Assembly (NCBI GenBank): GCA_951406725.2
Contig: OX597828.1
Location: forward strand, 51,212,001-51,276,000
Length of the DNA: 64,000 nucleotides
From: Octopus vulgaris
Lineage: Eukaryota
Reading direction: 5' to 3'
The translations under genes and the position numbers were made by a program. This document shows positions 43,769 to 58,047 of this stretch, one piece after another. The notes beneath the pieces were generated by a model, which searched no databases, was not told the origin of the DNA, and was given only the letters and a program-made list of their open reading frames with translations. Each line of letters begins with the position of its first letter. The stretch's first letter is position 1.

Positions 43769-44446
43769 CTTTACTATTATTTTCTAAAACCCAGAATAAA
43801 GCAAGGCAAAATCTATCTCGGCAGAGTCAATGGTGTGTTACTAATGGGTGGTGGTCCTCATCGGATTCAATGTTTACTTATATTTGGCAATCGATTTAGA
43901 AAAGTATTGACGAAGTGGTGCTCTCTGGCATTTCGAGTGCCTTAAATGGCAGTACTATTGAAAGGACAGCCTCAGCAAACGGTCATTTTATTTGTTGTTT
44001 TCGGTTTTCCATAAGCCTTACTTTTTCTGTTATTCCAGCCTCTGAGTACTGAAGTAGATTTGTATGGGGAAACTCTTGTGTTCTAACCCTTTTTGCCATT
44101 ATTAATGTCAGTTATAACAATCACTTTGTTTTAGAGACGTTTCCTTCAAAATGTTAATACTTGAATACACAATATTATTCTTCATTTTCTTTATTTCTGT
44201 GTGCTTTCTGTGCAGCTGTCTTTGCTACGGAGGCGGTTCACACCGACATAAAGTATTGAAAATAGGTAGTTCAGAAGAATTCAAATGTTATCCTGAACCT
44301 AAAGGCAATTGAAAAATATCTTCTCATTTTTATAATAAATAATTTTCCTTAAAATGTTATTAAAACACATCATACAAATTGTCGTCGTCCTCTTCAACAA
44401 CAATGACATTAACATATGCTCTAACGTCCTCTACAGCAAGAAGAGC

Positions 44447-44477
<31 letters not shown>

Positions 44478-44604
44478 TATATTCATATAGCTGTTGTTAT
44501 GATTGGACAACAAATTTGGTAGCATACGTGCAGTTCCAAGCAATTCTGATTTTTCCATAGCTTTTTAATCCAGTCTAAAACCTTGCAGTATTTTATTATC
44601 CGCC

Positions 44605-44785
44605 GAAGGTAGCAAGCTGGCAGAATGGTTAGCACGCCGGGCTAATACTTAGTGGCCTTTCGTCCACTTTGCCTGTCATCAATCGGGATTGATAAAATAA
44701 GAACCAATTGAACACTGGCGTCGATGTAATCACCTTACCCGTTTCCCTGAAATTACTGGCCTTGTGCCAAAATTTGAAACCATTA
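44605..44785 (+). mobile_element. Internally deleted SINE family A copy
   Basis: aaggtagcaagctggcagaatggttagcacgccggg head and ggccttgtgccaaaatttgaaacc tail. Confidence 0.75.
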
Positions 44786-45465
44786 TTTTATTATCTCCTT
44801 TTAATTTAACACTCCAATTTCGGTGAGGTGAACTTTGGCTTTCATCTTTCTATGGACGAAATGTAAATAGGATTCATCTCTTAGTGTCAGCGTACTCGAT
44901 TCCCACTGCCTTGTAAATAAATGTCTGCAGGCATTATTATTATTTATTATAATACTGTGATAACGTTATTAATCACATAATTAGAGTGGATTTGCAATGC
45001 CGGTAAAGAGCACGGGAAATTTCTAAATAGATTACAATTAACTACATCCGACATTCTAAAAGTTCGGACTAATTCCAACATTAAATTAATATTGTTGATA
45101 TTAATATCAATGCGAAACGCTATGAATTTCCTCTTGTAATTTGCCGATTTCCTTTACTCTAGTTGCTAATCTCTCCGAGAAAGATATTTTTATTTCGAAA
45201 TTAAAAATCTATAACATTTCTATATAATGGAACAGAGGCAACTTTATCCTTACTGTCGAAAACTTCCAGGAGAAACAATCACTAAAACTCGGCTGTTCAC
45301 TCTCATACTGTTCTACACACACACACACACACACACACAAACAGACACACATACATATACTAACGGATGTTTCTGTGTGTGTATATATATATATATTATA
45401 GATAAATTTCCTCTATTTACACAATATTGAGGTCTCTTTCTTTCTTTTGTTATTTTACCGTTTTA

Positions 45466-45539
<74 letters not shown>

Positions 45540-45726
45540 TGCAGATAAACTTCTTGGCGCTATCACCGATGTATTAACTCTCTCGAAATTGATACAATTA
45601 ATTAATTGATCTAATTAAATGAGCTAATTAAAGAAAGATATTTAACAAACTAGTCTCATTCCTACAACTAGTCTGCTTGAATGTTAAATGTTCATTTCAA
45701 TTTCCATTAATAGTATCTTCAGGTCC

Positions 45727-45727
<1 letters not shown>

Positions 45728-45803
<76 letters not shown>

Positions 45804-45913
45804 TGATGATGATGATGATGATAAAAATTATAATAATTACAATAATAATAAAAGTAATTATAATAGCAATAATAATGATGATGATAATGTTGATGATGAT
45901 GACGATGAAGATA

Positions 45914-45964
<51 letters not shown>

Positions 45965-45970
45965 TTGATG
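45728..45970. repeat. (TAA)n/(GAT)n microsatellite
   Basis: Direct reading. Confidence 0.95.
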
Positions 45971-47412
45971 AAAGAGGAGTATTTAGAGCACCATTCAACG
46001 AATATTATACTGGAAAATGATCACGGTATCTGACTTGATCGTGAGTAGAACATTGTTAGATTATACAAATCGATTGTCACTTGCGATTCATCTTCCTGCA
46101 TATCTCGAAACCAAATAGTACATACTATTTACAAGATGACTGCGTGTTATCTGCTAGTTAAATGTATGATAAATGGCTTCTACTAAAACGGAGCTGGATC
46201 CAGCAACCATAAATAACGTCTAATACATGGCGACAACAAATACAATTTAACAACACAGACATTTTACACAGCTTCATCTGCACTTTCATACATATGTTTT
46301 CTTCCGTTTGTTTTCGTGTTTTTCTGATGCTTCATTTTTGATATAATGGGTATTACCTACGTTTATCAGTCTGTTATGGCTTACTAGCTGTAAACATGCG
46401 CTTACATTGATTAAATATATAATATGTATTGTAATTCGCTCCATGTATTGCAACAGGAGCAAGTGATATGAATGTGTGAGAAAAAAAAACAAAAACAAAA
46501 GGAAAAGAAAATAAAACAATGAAAAACTCTGCTCGAAAAATTAGCCAATGATTGTAAGATGCTGTCAATAATTGAAACTGAATATGAAATATTCTGTATT
46601 ATTTTATATTGTTATTTACTGATCCTATAATATTTCCGGAAATATTTTCCTTTTTAAATTGGAGAAAATATTAATTCTCTTTACAAAGGGGAATCTTAAG
46701 TCGAATACTATAAAGATATTATTTTAACTTAAATATGTTCTTTACGGATGCTAGATTATTTCAGAAAGAAAGAGCCCTATACAATTAAAACATATTCAAA
46801 AACTTCGAAGACAATTATTTTATTTCTTCTCTTTGAAAATGAAAATCTTTTCCCGAACGCTATAGGTTTATTAAATAAAAGATGTATCTTTATCCTGTGA
46901 TTTTGTTTATTGATTTTATCTTACATTTTTACCTAAATTCTTAACGGTATCGCTTAAGAGTAATTTCAAATATTTATGTTATTCATATAATAAATTATTT
47001 CCCAATACCGTATAGCTGATATATGATAAGATGTCCTGTACAACGTGCACTGTGGTGTTAACTGATTGTATATGTATAACAGATACGTACGAATACAATG
47101 TATGTACAGGCTTTCGAAAACTAGTTTAAATTAGTACCTTATGTTACTTTAATGCAGGGAATCTTCGATGACTCAGATGCTTCGAATATATTATACAATA
47201 TCTGAAGGACAAACATATGTGATATTTCAGGTGTTGCTTTTCCATTATCATTTATATTTCCCGGTAATGAGGTATCAAACACGGTACATGATACAGGCTT
47301 CCTATATTGTTCAGAAATGACGTGAAAGTGTGATACAGATATCATTGCAACAAAGGTGGCCAATTAAATATCAACTCTATCGACTGCTTTCAGACAAGAT
47401 TCGGCCATGTTT

Positions 47413-47800
<388 letters not shown>

Positions 47801-48106
47801 GATTTTAGTGCTAGACGCAATATATTTCCAACTCCGATTATCTGCTTTAATCATTCAAAACCCTTCAACTGCCTAACTTATGCCACACAACATTCTAATT
47901 AATTGGACACACCAATTCCACTGTGAAAGACACTGACAGAATACTTAGAGTTACAGGTCTTCTTGATAAGGGCTAAACAATAGCGACAACGTCAACAATG
48001 ACAACAATAAGAATAAACAAGGTGACTATAGCAAACCCATGGCAAACCGGTTCTTATCAAAAGCTTAAACACATTGGCCAGGTAGTCAGTGATTCAAATT
48101 AACCAC

Positions 48107-48139
<33 letters not shown>

Positions 48140-48307
48140 AAGTGAGATAGGGGTTATGGGTGTAACCCACTATGGGATACTATTTATCCAATTTACTGTT
48201 GGTAAAGTACTCAGATTCTTAATACATAAATGTTTTTAATTGCAATGCAATTAACTCATTTATTGTATTAAACAATTGAAGGTAAAGAAATATTTTACCG
48301 TAAATTT

Positions 48308-48512
48308 ATAATACAAATAAGAAAATGGAGAAACAAATTTAGTTTGTTCATCAACTTATGGATATCGGAATGTTGGATTGGGTTATTCATTCAGATATAT
48401 ATGTACGTAATAGATGTTCTCATTTTGTTAAATGAATAAATTACCCAATCCAACATTCTAATATCCGAAAGTTGATGAACAAACAAAATTTGTTTCTACA
48501 TTTTCTTATTTG

Positions 48513-48518
<6 letters not shown>
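48308..48518. repeat. Inverted repeat (~85 bp arms) ending at (TA)n
   Basis: ataatacaaataagaaaatggagaaacaaattt... versus ...aaatttgtttctacattttcttatttgtattat. Confidence 0.85.
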
Positions 48519-48565
<47 letters not shown>

Positions 48566-48825
48566 TGAGTGTATTTTACCTTGTTAACAATTAACACGGA
48601 TAAATGAATGAATAGTTACCAGGGCAGCAAAATCTCACAAGTAAAGATGTTGTAACTCCTTGTTTATAAAGGTTGAAACTTCGTGTTTACGTTGAATATT
48701 TGAATAATAGGAATGAAAAATGGAGTCAACGCAGGTTTAAACAAGTATTTTTTCTTTCTACATATGTTTCAAAAATTCCACTGAAGGTATAAACAAAGCA
48801 GCAGAATTGTCATCTCGGTTCCATT

Positions 48826-48977
48826 TTAACAAAATTGTCCGACGAATGGGAACGTGAAACTCCAAGTAACAGATTTTGTTAAATTTCTGCTGCTTTTAAA
48901 TAAAGCATATTACTCTACCTCTGGTATTTGAGTGCTCTTTTTCCACCTTGTTTCACAATTATGTGTTTACTCCGGTA
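48826..48977 (+). mobile_element. Family H1 copy 3 (no intact inverted arm)
   Basis: tgtCCGACGAatgggaacgtGAAActccaagTAacaga plus the tail ending ttactccggtata. Confidence 0.8.
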
Positions 48978-49030
48978 TATAAATATATATATTTATATAT
49001 ATATTTATGTACAGGGTTAATACAATATAT

Positions 49031-49138
49031 ATAGAGGGCTTTATTTGAGTCTCACTTTTAAATAGATGATAATATGGACGATATATATCGTCCATATTAT
49101 CATCTATTTAAAAGTGAGGCTCAAATAAAGCCCTCTAT
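49031..49138. repeat. 108 bp near-perfect palindrome centred on atatatat
   Basis: atagagggctttatttgag...ggacg-atatatat-cgtcc...ctcaaataaagccctctat; one mismatch. Confidence 0.95.
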
Positions 49139-49898
49139 TAATCTAGTATGTGATTAATTTGCTTTTATGGTTGTTATATTTATACAATGTCCATTTGGCA
49201 TGAATACTCTTGCGAAAATATGGACCCCATTCTCCTTACTTGAACTAAATTAATATATTCAATATCTAAGCATGAGCAGAAATTTCACAATCAATATGAC
49301 ATCAGCATTGAATGTCCGTCACCTGTAAATAACTGCTCTGTATTTCAAAAATCACTTCAATGTAACAGCCAAGTATTAGTTAATGTCATAACATATAAAT
49401 GATGAAGCATAAAATACGTAGAGACAGTTGATATTTACATCGGTCTGACTAGTAGAGACGAGGGTCACGGTATCAACCTCATACATCAAGTGAGCCAACA
49501 ACCAGAAAGGTGTATGGAAGAGTGGTAGCAAGAAGACCCACCACCCAGAAGGAATCAACCATATGAGATGGCAGTGTAAAGTGTACAAATTCACGTGGGT
49601 CCTCCGTGATGACTACAACCGTATGGCTGAAACACAGAAAATAAGAGAAAAATAATTTACATACGGACACAAACAGGCACACACACATACACATAAAAGT
49701 TAATCAGAGGATATTTAACCTCTTAAAGTATGAGTACATCCAAGGAAAAACTTGTTCTAAACCTTATGTATTCGGGAAATAAAATCTCCTTAAATCAATA
49801 GGTATATATTAAGTATACAATCCGTGTAAAATTACGAGAAGAAAATGGAGAAAAATGAAGAGTGGTTAATATTTATTCATTTATAAATTGATAATCAT

Positions 49899-49998
49899 TT
49901 CTTCCTACAGCTGTTTCCATTTATACTCATTGAATAAATTACAAATTCATGCATTAATTTTGCATTTATAAGTTATGGCAGAATATCATCAGGGAAAA
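49899..49998 (-). ncRNA. Canonical-core type I hammerhead with long stem II loop
   Basis: ttttcc-CTGATGA-tatt..~60 nt..aatg-GAAA-c/agct/g-TA-ggaaga; palindrome ACAGCTGT. Confidence 0.75.
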
Positions 49999-50097
49999 GT
50001 TGGACATTAAAAATTTGCATGTTGACCTGAACAGATAGATCAACATGTAATTTTGACTAACTCTCTACCCCTATTTTCTTCTCTTAATTTAATACGG

Positions 50098-50138
<41 letters not shown>

Positions 50139-50142
50139 ATAT

Positions 50143-50700
50143 ATACGAGCAAAACGCCACCCCCCTTCCAATCGACGGTACTGAGTTGTCAAAACATTTA
50201 AACCAAATTTAATCAGTGCTTTCTTTTCATTAAAAAACAATTAAGCATGCCTTTATGTCAAAAAATATTTGGTTTTGTTAAACGAAGGAAGAAAAACACT
50301 TCTTGAGAAACCAAATAGCCTTTCCTTCATCCATGCCAAGATTGAAGAAAATAGCTCTTTTTCATCTTTCTTTTTTTGTCTCTTAAATATACTGCATTTT
50401 GTGGCGTTATTTCGAGCCAGACGGCTTTTTTGCGCAAACTCCACGTGCATTTATCTCGTGTACGCGTAGTATCCATCGCAACAGCAGATGTACTTGCGCG
50501 TACAAATGCACGTTCCCACGGCTTTATCGATCACATTTTCACCTGGAATCGATTTTCGTAATTTTTTCAAGACATACACGCCCTGACACCGTCGGTATCT
50601 ACATATCAAATTTGAGCGCAATCGGATGGAGGATGCCCGAGATCATAGAAGACACAAACACAGACAAACAGAACGGATTTTATTTAATATATATATATAT
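50143..50700 (-). mobile_element. Non-autonomous Helitron-like element
   Basis: Minus strand starts tatat..aaaatccgttctgtttgtctgtg..ccgattgcgctcaaatttg and ends in GC-rich sequence plus ctcgt (degenerate CTAGT). Confidence 0.55.
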
Positions 50701-50873
50701 ATATATATAAGATGAAATTTTCCTGCACTTATTTTATAATATAATATATAATCGGTCTTATTAAATGTTTAAATACTTTAATCTTTTAGACATTTCCCTA
50801 TCAAGAAAACGTATTAAAAAATACCGTATATTGCATTCACATTGAATATATTTAATTAACGATATATATATGC

Positions 50874-51029
<156 letters not shown>

Positions 51030-51049
51030 ATATATATATATATTTTTTA

Positions 51050-51479
51050 AAAAATTCTTTTACTTGTTCCAGACATTTGACAGCGTCTTGAAGGGCTCTG
51101 AGTCGAACAAATCGAACCGAGGATTATATCGTAAGCCTATTACGTATTCTACCAGAGTATTTTAACGAATTCTAGATTACAGGGACGTAATCACATCAGC
51201 GCCGGTTGTTAAGTTGTGATGGGGCGGCCAAAGACAGACACAAAGATGTACTTTCACACACACACATAAATGTGTGTATGTATATATATATATATGTGTG
51301 TGTGTATATATATATACATACATACATAGATGCATATATATATGTGTGTGTGTGTGTGTATGTATATATATATATATATAATACAATATTTACCAAGAAA
51401 CGCGAAAGGTTTTGTAAGTTACAGAGAGAAAGCTACACTGGAAGGTTCATAGTAAAATAATTTGTTTGTATTTAAAACT

Positions 51480-51519
<40 letters not shown>

Positions 51520-51860
51520 CGTGTGTTTACGACCTCGTAACCGAGCGGTTCGGCATAAGTGACCGATAGTATAAGTACTAGACTTGCAATGAGTAAGTCC
51601 TGGGGTCGATTTGTTCGACTAAACGTGGTGATCCAGCATGATCACTGTGAAATGACTGAAAAAAATAAAAGAATATATATATAGATAGATGGATAGATAG
51701 ATATACACGACGAGCTTCTTTCAGTTTCCGTCTAACAAATCCACTCACAAGTCATTGATTGACCCGATGCTCTAGTAGAAGACACCTGCCCAGAGGGCTA
51801 CCCAGTGGGACTGAACTCCGAACCATGTAGTTGGGAAGCAAGCTTCTTGCCATACACACT
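51050..51860. mobile_element. Cluster of family C SINE fragments in both orientations
   Basis: agcggttcggc..accgatag..gtcgatttgttcgact tail (+), ttcagtttccgtctaacaaatccactcacaag head (-), and a degenerate tail (-) at ~51050-51245. Confidence 0.7.
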
Positions 51861-52271
51861 TATATATGTAAGTGCATGTGTTTGTATTAAAGATACAAAA
51901 ATGTACGAATCACGAAGGCCTAAAGAGAGTGCATGTGGTTTATAATAATATTTATATAACTTAAAATATCACGAACGCAAAAATACCACGATCACTTTAA
52001 CATTTGTTTGAAAAGATTATTTTTAAATAGCAATTTCCTGGCATGTTTTTATGGTTTACACTAAAAAGAACATTAGTTTCTAATTTGAAATCGAAAGGCA
52101 GTATGATTAGGGTAAATCTGACATTCAGGTTATTAAGTCTCTTTGACTGACATTTGTCAGTAATTTGGCTCCAAGTCCTCACATTTGTGTCTGTTGTTCT
52201 GCCCGTCAGCTTATTTCTACTTTACAAATTCTCGCTTTCTACTTTTCACTCTTCAGTGGTGGGTTTCTGTT

Positions 52272-52331
<60 letters not shown>

Positions 52332-53528
52332 TGGGTGTATTGTAGTAATATTATGCTTATTTCAGGAAGCCATTAGAGAACGACTATTAAAATATTTTAT
52401 ATTGTGCATCAAGTGGTGGAAATTGTGAACTGCCCTGATTTTATATACAGTATTAAATACAAAAAAGAAGGAATATGAGATCACGATAATACTTAGAATG
52501 AGACAGAGTTGCCCCTTAGAATTTGCTACAAAACTTTCGATATGTTTGCAGACTGATATGGCGCTATAAAGTTATTATTGTAATTAAGTAGTCAATACAT
52601 TCTGTAACATATCATCGTTGTTTACCAGAATAAATTGTAACGAAAATGGTATAAGAATTTACAGATAATTAATTGTCGTTATTATTAAAAAATGCAGCAA
52701 ATATGCAAGTTATAAACTATTTCCGCGATCCATTGTGAAATAACCATTATTTTGGTGCTTAATTAATATTAATTTATTATTTCAATGTTTAACAGACAAT
52801 GGCGAAGGAAACTGGAACTTTAAAATCAAACGTGGAAACATAATTTTATATCCAAATGAATTCCGCTCATTATCACCCGACATTTTTCTTCTTCCTTTTG
52901 ACTAATCAAAGAAAACGCCGCAAGCAAATTTTATTTGTTGGTATTTCAGAGGATGGGTTTTTAACATATTCTCATACAATGTACACAAACTAGTTGCAGC
53001 AGTAGCAGTAGTAGCTGCAGCAGCAGAAGTAGTAGCAGCAATGACATTAATAGTTTTATCCTTTCAAACTTGACTCTTTGTGTCTGTGAGTGCAATACAA
53101 CGTCAGACGAATCAATATAGTTTGTGTTTACGTGCAATAGATATTTTCTTATATAATAACACTATTTCATTCTTATAATAACTTGTAGACGTTTAAAGGA
53201 ATAGATGCAGCATAGATTATTGAAAATCGATCTCAGACACAAGACAACCTATGGATTAGATTATTGTAAATATTTAAAGATACTTAAATTAATATTTCAC
53301 GATCATTCAAAACAATGGATTTATGTTCCTTAGTTATTAACGTCATTTCTATATTTCGTTAGTAGCAGAAAATATCACCGTCTCCATATTACATTTTGTT
53401 GCGACTGCCTAAGTTAAGTAATACTAGCTAGAAATATTAATTAAGATCCATATGAATTTAATAACAATATGAATAAAATCACTTATTTATTTGCACGCTT
53501 TTCTTAATGTCATTTGTATAATAAACAG

Positions 53529-53710
53529 AGGGAACTATTATTACTTCGTCTAGACAAACATATTTGGATTCTATCTTTACTAAATGGCATATTGACAGAT
53601 GGGATGATAACAGCTGGCATAATATCGCTCCATATAATGGCTACCATTACGAGACACTGTGTGGTTCTGTCATCATTGTTGATTGTACTACATATCATCG
53701 ATATACTTAA
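53529..53710 (+). other. Candidate terminal coding exon (unidentified)
   Basis: After aaacag, frame from 53531 reads GTIITSSRQTYLDSIFTKWHIDRWDDNSWHNIAPYNGYHYETLCGSVIIVDCTTYHRYT*; unique non-repeat sequence, weak acceptor, no recognised homology. Confidence 0.2.
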
Positions 53711-54223
53711 TGTCAGATCATGTTAGAATTATGATCGTATCTTCCATTAATATATCGTGAATGAGTTGTATGTCTGTCCTAAAGGAAATATAGTTACAAC
53801 AACTATAAATGTGCAGTCGTGTATATTAGGTTTTCAGTTCTTGAATGATTGCATTTACGGAGCAAGGTGAAGGTTAAATTTCGCTGATGAGATCAGAATA
53901 AGACCAAAACCTGTCCGGCAATTTCTGCCGTATCTACTGGAGAAATGTAAATATTTGTTTTTTGATTAATATTAAATTTTTCCTCGTCCTACATCTATAT
54001 TGGATTAGCTATGAATTATCCATCCCTTAATATAAATACACTCATTATTCCACAGGTTGTTAATCATGTCTATCACTTATGTATTAATTCACAGAAAACT
54101 GTGTAACCATACATGGCTTTAGCTAAAACAGTGGTTTCCTCTATAATCGGCGCCATGGTATTTTTTCTTGGCATATAAATTTACCTGTATTTTTGTGCAT
54201 TTGTCTGTATACATATCTATCCA

Positions 54224-54290
<67 letters not shown>

Positions 54291-54554
54291 CCTACCTATC
54301 CTCCCTCTCTCTTCTCCGTATATATATATATATATATATATACAAAATAAGAAAATGGAGAAATACACCTTAATCAATAATCAACTACTAGATAATACCC
54401 AATCACATAATTTATTAACCCACTACATATGAACACCAAGGTCAAACATAATAGTACAGAACAAAACAATGCACGTCAATGAGTAATAAGATACAATAAG
54501 TACAATATGTATAAGTGAATATAAATAAATATAAATATAAATATAAATATAAAC

Positions 54555-54688
54555 TACATCTTACAGCTCTTTCAGCCATGTAGATATGGGTATCTCATTA
54601 TGCTCATATTAGCCAGGTGTGATAAGTTAATATGTGGTTATAAATGAGACACTTACCAAAATATCCCAAGGCCTCGTCAGAGATTATA
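54555..54688 (-). ncRNA. Type I hammerhead with long stem II, in (TA)n-associated element starting ~54342
   Basis: atct-CTGACGA-ggcc..ggatat..atatct..ggct-GAAA-g/agct/g-TA-agat; C15.2>G substitution. Confidence 0.72.
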
Positions 54689-55068
54689 AAGTACAGTCTA
54701 AATATGAATATCAGAGGAGGTACACCCATACAAGAGTGGGTACATACCCATAATATATAATATACACATACATATGAGTGCATATACCCATGCTCCTATA
54801 TATATATACACATATACGTAATAATATACAACATTATACATACATATATTCTCTATTCAAGATTACAGTTGGTAACTTTCAATTGCAACAATTTCGGTAA
54901 TATCGCTAAGCAGCAGAACTTGTACGCCACCACGTACACCGCCTCCACCACTACTACCACCACTATCACCTCCACCACCACTAACACCGCCGTCACCACC
55001 ACGTCTTTTGGTGCTTCACTGGAGTGTTTTGTGTTGCAAGCTTTTGAACCACATTTTCTGTGTAGAGA

Positions 55069-55132
55069 TCTGAGGATCAGACGACCTGAGCATCTGACGA
55101 TCTGAAGATCTGAAGATCTGACGAACTGAAAA
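55069..55132 (+). repeat. 8-bp tandem repeat (T)CTGANGA x8
   Basis: tctgagga tcagacga cctgagca tctgacga tctgaaga tctgaaga tctgacga actgaaaa. Confidence 0.85.
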
Positions 55133-55454
55133 TTTTTCGTCTTCTTTTCCCAGTTTCGATGTGCTTGAAAAGCTTCATGAGGGGTGTTTTTTTTCTTGTT
55201 TTCATAACTCATTTAAACTGAAATAAAATTAAGTAGACAGACGACACAAAAAATATTGAATAAATTAATATTGAAGATATTAGGCGTGATTGTGTGGTAA
55301 GAAAATCACTATCATACTCTTGGCTGGGGTGCTTGCACCTAAGATTCCAGTTGGTAGCAAGATTTGAATTCCATACCTAAAGAGCCGATACAAATACTAG
55401 AAATTATCCGTTTCTATGTTGGTAATTTTCATCAGGCCTCCTAAGGATAAGTTG

Positions 55455-55750
55455 TTTTTTGTTCCTGCTCGAGCCACACCTGGTTCATTAGGGCCGGTTT
55501 CCTTGGTGTATAGGTTCCCTACCTGGACGGAACGCCGGTCCGTCACGGGTGAGCTGCAAGATGCAGGAGGAAAGAGTGAGAGAAAGTTTTGGCGAAAGAG
55601 TCAGCGGAGGTTCGCCATTACCTTCTCCCGGAGCCGGGTGGCACTTAGGTCTTTCGCTCATAAACACACACATCACCCAATCTGAGATTCGAAATCGCGA
55701 TCCCCCGACCGCGAGTCCGCTGCTCTAACCACTAGGCCATGTGCCTCCAC
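55455..55750 (-). mobile_element. SINE family B
   Basis: Reverse of ggaggcacatggcctagtggttagagcagcggactcgcgg..gatttcgaatc. Confidence 0.85.
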
Positions 55751-55829
55751 TCTTAAGGATAAGAAACAAAGATAAACTCTGTGGGATTTGAACACAGGAG
55801 TCGGTGATTTGAAACAGATACCGAGTACC

Positions 55830-56064
55830 TATTTCTTTACGACCTACAAGGGACTAAACACAGAGAGGACAAACAAGGACAGACGAACGGATTAAGTCGA
55901 TTATATCGACCCAGTGCGTAACTAGTACTTAATTTATCGACCCCGAAAGGATGAAAGGCAAAGTCGACCTCGGCGGAATTCGAACTCAGAACGTAGCAGC
56001 AGATGAAACAACGATAAGTATTTCGCCCGGCGTGCTAACGTTTCTGCCTGCTCGCCGCCTTAAT
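55830..56064 (-). mobile_element. SINE family A with 14-bp TSD
   Basis: agataccgagtacc at 55816-55829 and 56065-56078. Confidence 0.93.
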
Positions 56065-56896
56065 AGATACCGAGTACCATTCCTCCCGACGCCCCTAACC
56101 AAACTACTAATTCGCCATCTTGTATATAAGACAAAGAAAATTACTGGACATGAATATCTACTTTAACATATTAATCGTTTATTTGACACACCTTAATGTT
56201 GAGAATATATTTCTATACTAAAGTTAATTCATTTTTCTGTTTTTCGTTTTCAATAATTTCACCTTCACCATTTCTTAATGAAATTTTAATTTTGTTTACA
56301 CTGAATAATTCAGAACTATTTTGTTTTTAATCCATTTAATTAATAAATTTATTTATTTATTCTATTTAGAATTATTTGTTTCGCTATGTTTTCTTCTGGC
56401 TAGTTCAGCCATAGAACGCATAGATTTATAAAAAACGAAATCGAAATTGTGTAAGCAATGTTTTCAAATGTTAATTAGGGCAGAGTAAATATGCTAAATT
56501 TTATTTCATTAACTTTCATTTTTTCTATGAGCTTACATGGAACTTCACCCGTTTATTTCGTTTTTCAATATTAAAGCGTCTATTCCGTTATTACATTTTT
56601 ACACATTTTCACGAATATTTTCCGTATTTCATGAATATCTTATATTTTTTTATCACGTCCTATTCTTTCAAATAACGATTTTTCAGCGTAAGTCGATATT
56701 GAAAGAGACGAGCTAACTGAATTTAATTAAAGATACAAATGTATGAGTATTTACAAAATTACAATAATGATGTTTCTCTACTTTACTTAATATGCTCAGG
56801 TCAAGGCATAGAATGCAACTTGTAATACCAGCAGCGGAATCCGACAGTATCATGATGATTCTGTACCCCTTGAGCAACATCAAAATTCACTCAACC

Positions 56897-57129
56897 TATT
56901 TCTTTACTACCCACAAGGGGCTAAACATAGAGGGGACAAACAAGGACAGACATAGGTATTAAGTCGATTACATCGACCCCAGTGCGTAACTGGTACTTAA
57001 TTTATCGACCCCGAGAGGATGAAAGGCAAAGTCGACCTCGGCGGAATTTGAACTAACAACGTAACGGCAGCCGAAATACCGCTAAGCATTTCGCCCGACG
57101 TGCTAACGTTTCTGCCAGCTCGCCGCCTT
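56897..57129 (-). mobile_element. SINE family A with 12-bp TSD
   Basis: attcactcaacc at 56885-56896 and 57130-57141. Confidence 0.93.
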
Positions 57130-57139
57130 ATTCACTCAA

Positions 57140-57450
57140 CCGTCCACAAATACTCTCCAAGCTTTCCTATCATTTATAAACTCTCTTGCATCTTTCACTC
57201 CAACACCTCTAATTACCGAAGCTGTCCTCACTCCATCCGTCCATCCACACAAACCGAGGTCTGCCTCTGGTCCTGTTGCTTACCACCTCAGCATTCCTCA
57301 CCCTCCCTAAAATTTCCACACACATTTATCCCCTTTTCCCTTTACAATAGCACTGTACAGGCACTGCACCAGTCCTTTCGTACTCTTCCAGCCATATTAA
57401 CAATCATTCATAAGCCTCATTAACCGTTCAATCTCTGTCACACTCCTTTC
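57140..57450 (-). mobile_element. Internally deleted RTE-clade LINE fragment
   Basis: A DWCSA..KGKGDKCV segment (RT N-terminal region) is fused directly to the C-terminal RTRGRPRFVWMDG...DRKAWR motif. Confidence 0.7.
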
Positions 57451-57648
57451 TTTAGGCATTCCATGGTACACCTAATATAAAATTCCATATGTGGCGTATG
57501 TTTCTGTAATGCTGAACTTTACCTATACATGGTAGAAATATTAGATTACGTCGGTACACATTGAAATAGAATATTTCAAGGTTGTAGATATCTCAATTTA
57601 TTTAAGTCACAATGTGCTTGAAAACATTCTTTCATATTGGCTAATCGT

Positions 57649-58047
57649 AAGGCGGCAAGCTGGCAGAACGTTAGCACGTCGGGCGAAATGCTTAGCGGTA
57701 TTTCGCCTGCCGCTACGTTCAGAGTTCAAATTCCGCCGAGGTTGACTTTGCCTTTCACCCTTTCGGGGTCGATTATATAAGTACCAGTTGCGCACTGGGG
57801 GTCGATATAATCAACTTAATCCGTTTATCTGTCCTTGTTTGTCCTCTCTGTGTTTAGCCCCTTGTGGGTAGTAAAGAAATAGGTATTTCGCCTGCCGCTA
57901 CGTTCTGAGTTCAAATTTCCGCCGAGATCGACTTTGCCTTTCACCCTTTTGAGATCGATTAAATAAGTACCAGTTACGCACTGGGGTCGATGTAATCGAC
58001 TTAATCCCTTTGTCTGTCCTTGTTTGTCCCCTCTATGTTTAGCCCAT
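57649..58047 (+). mobile_element. SINE family A dimer
   Basis: Full copy, then aaataggtatttcgcctgccgctacg starts a second core plus tail. Confidence 0.92.

Noticed and set aside
53884-53910. Isolated CTGATGA heptamers (also ~18951, 25487, 62149)
   Set aside because: No stem II, GAAA and UH arrangement nearby.
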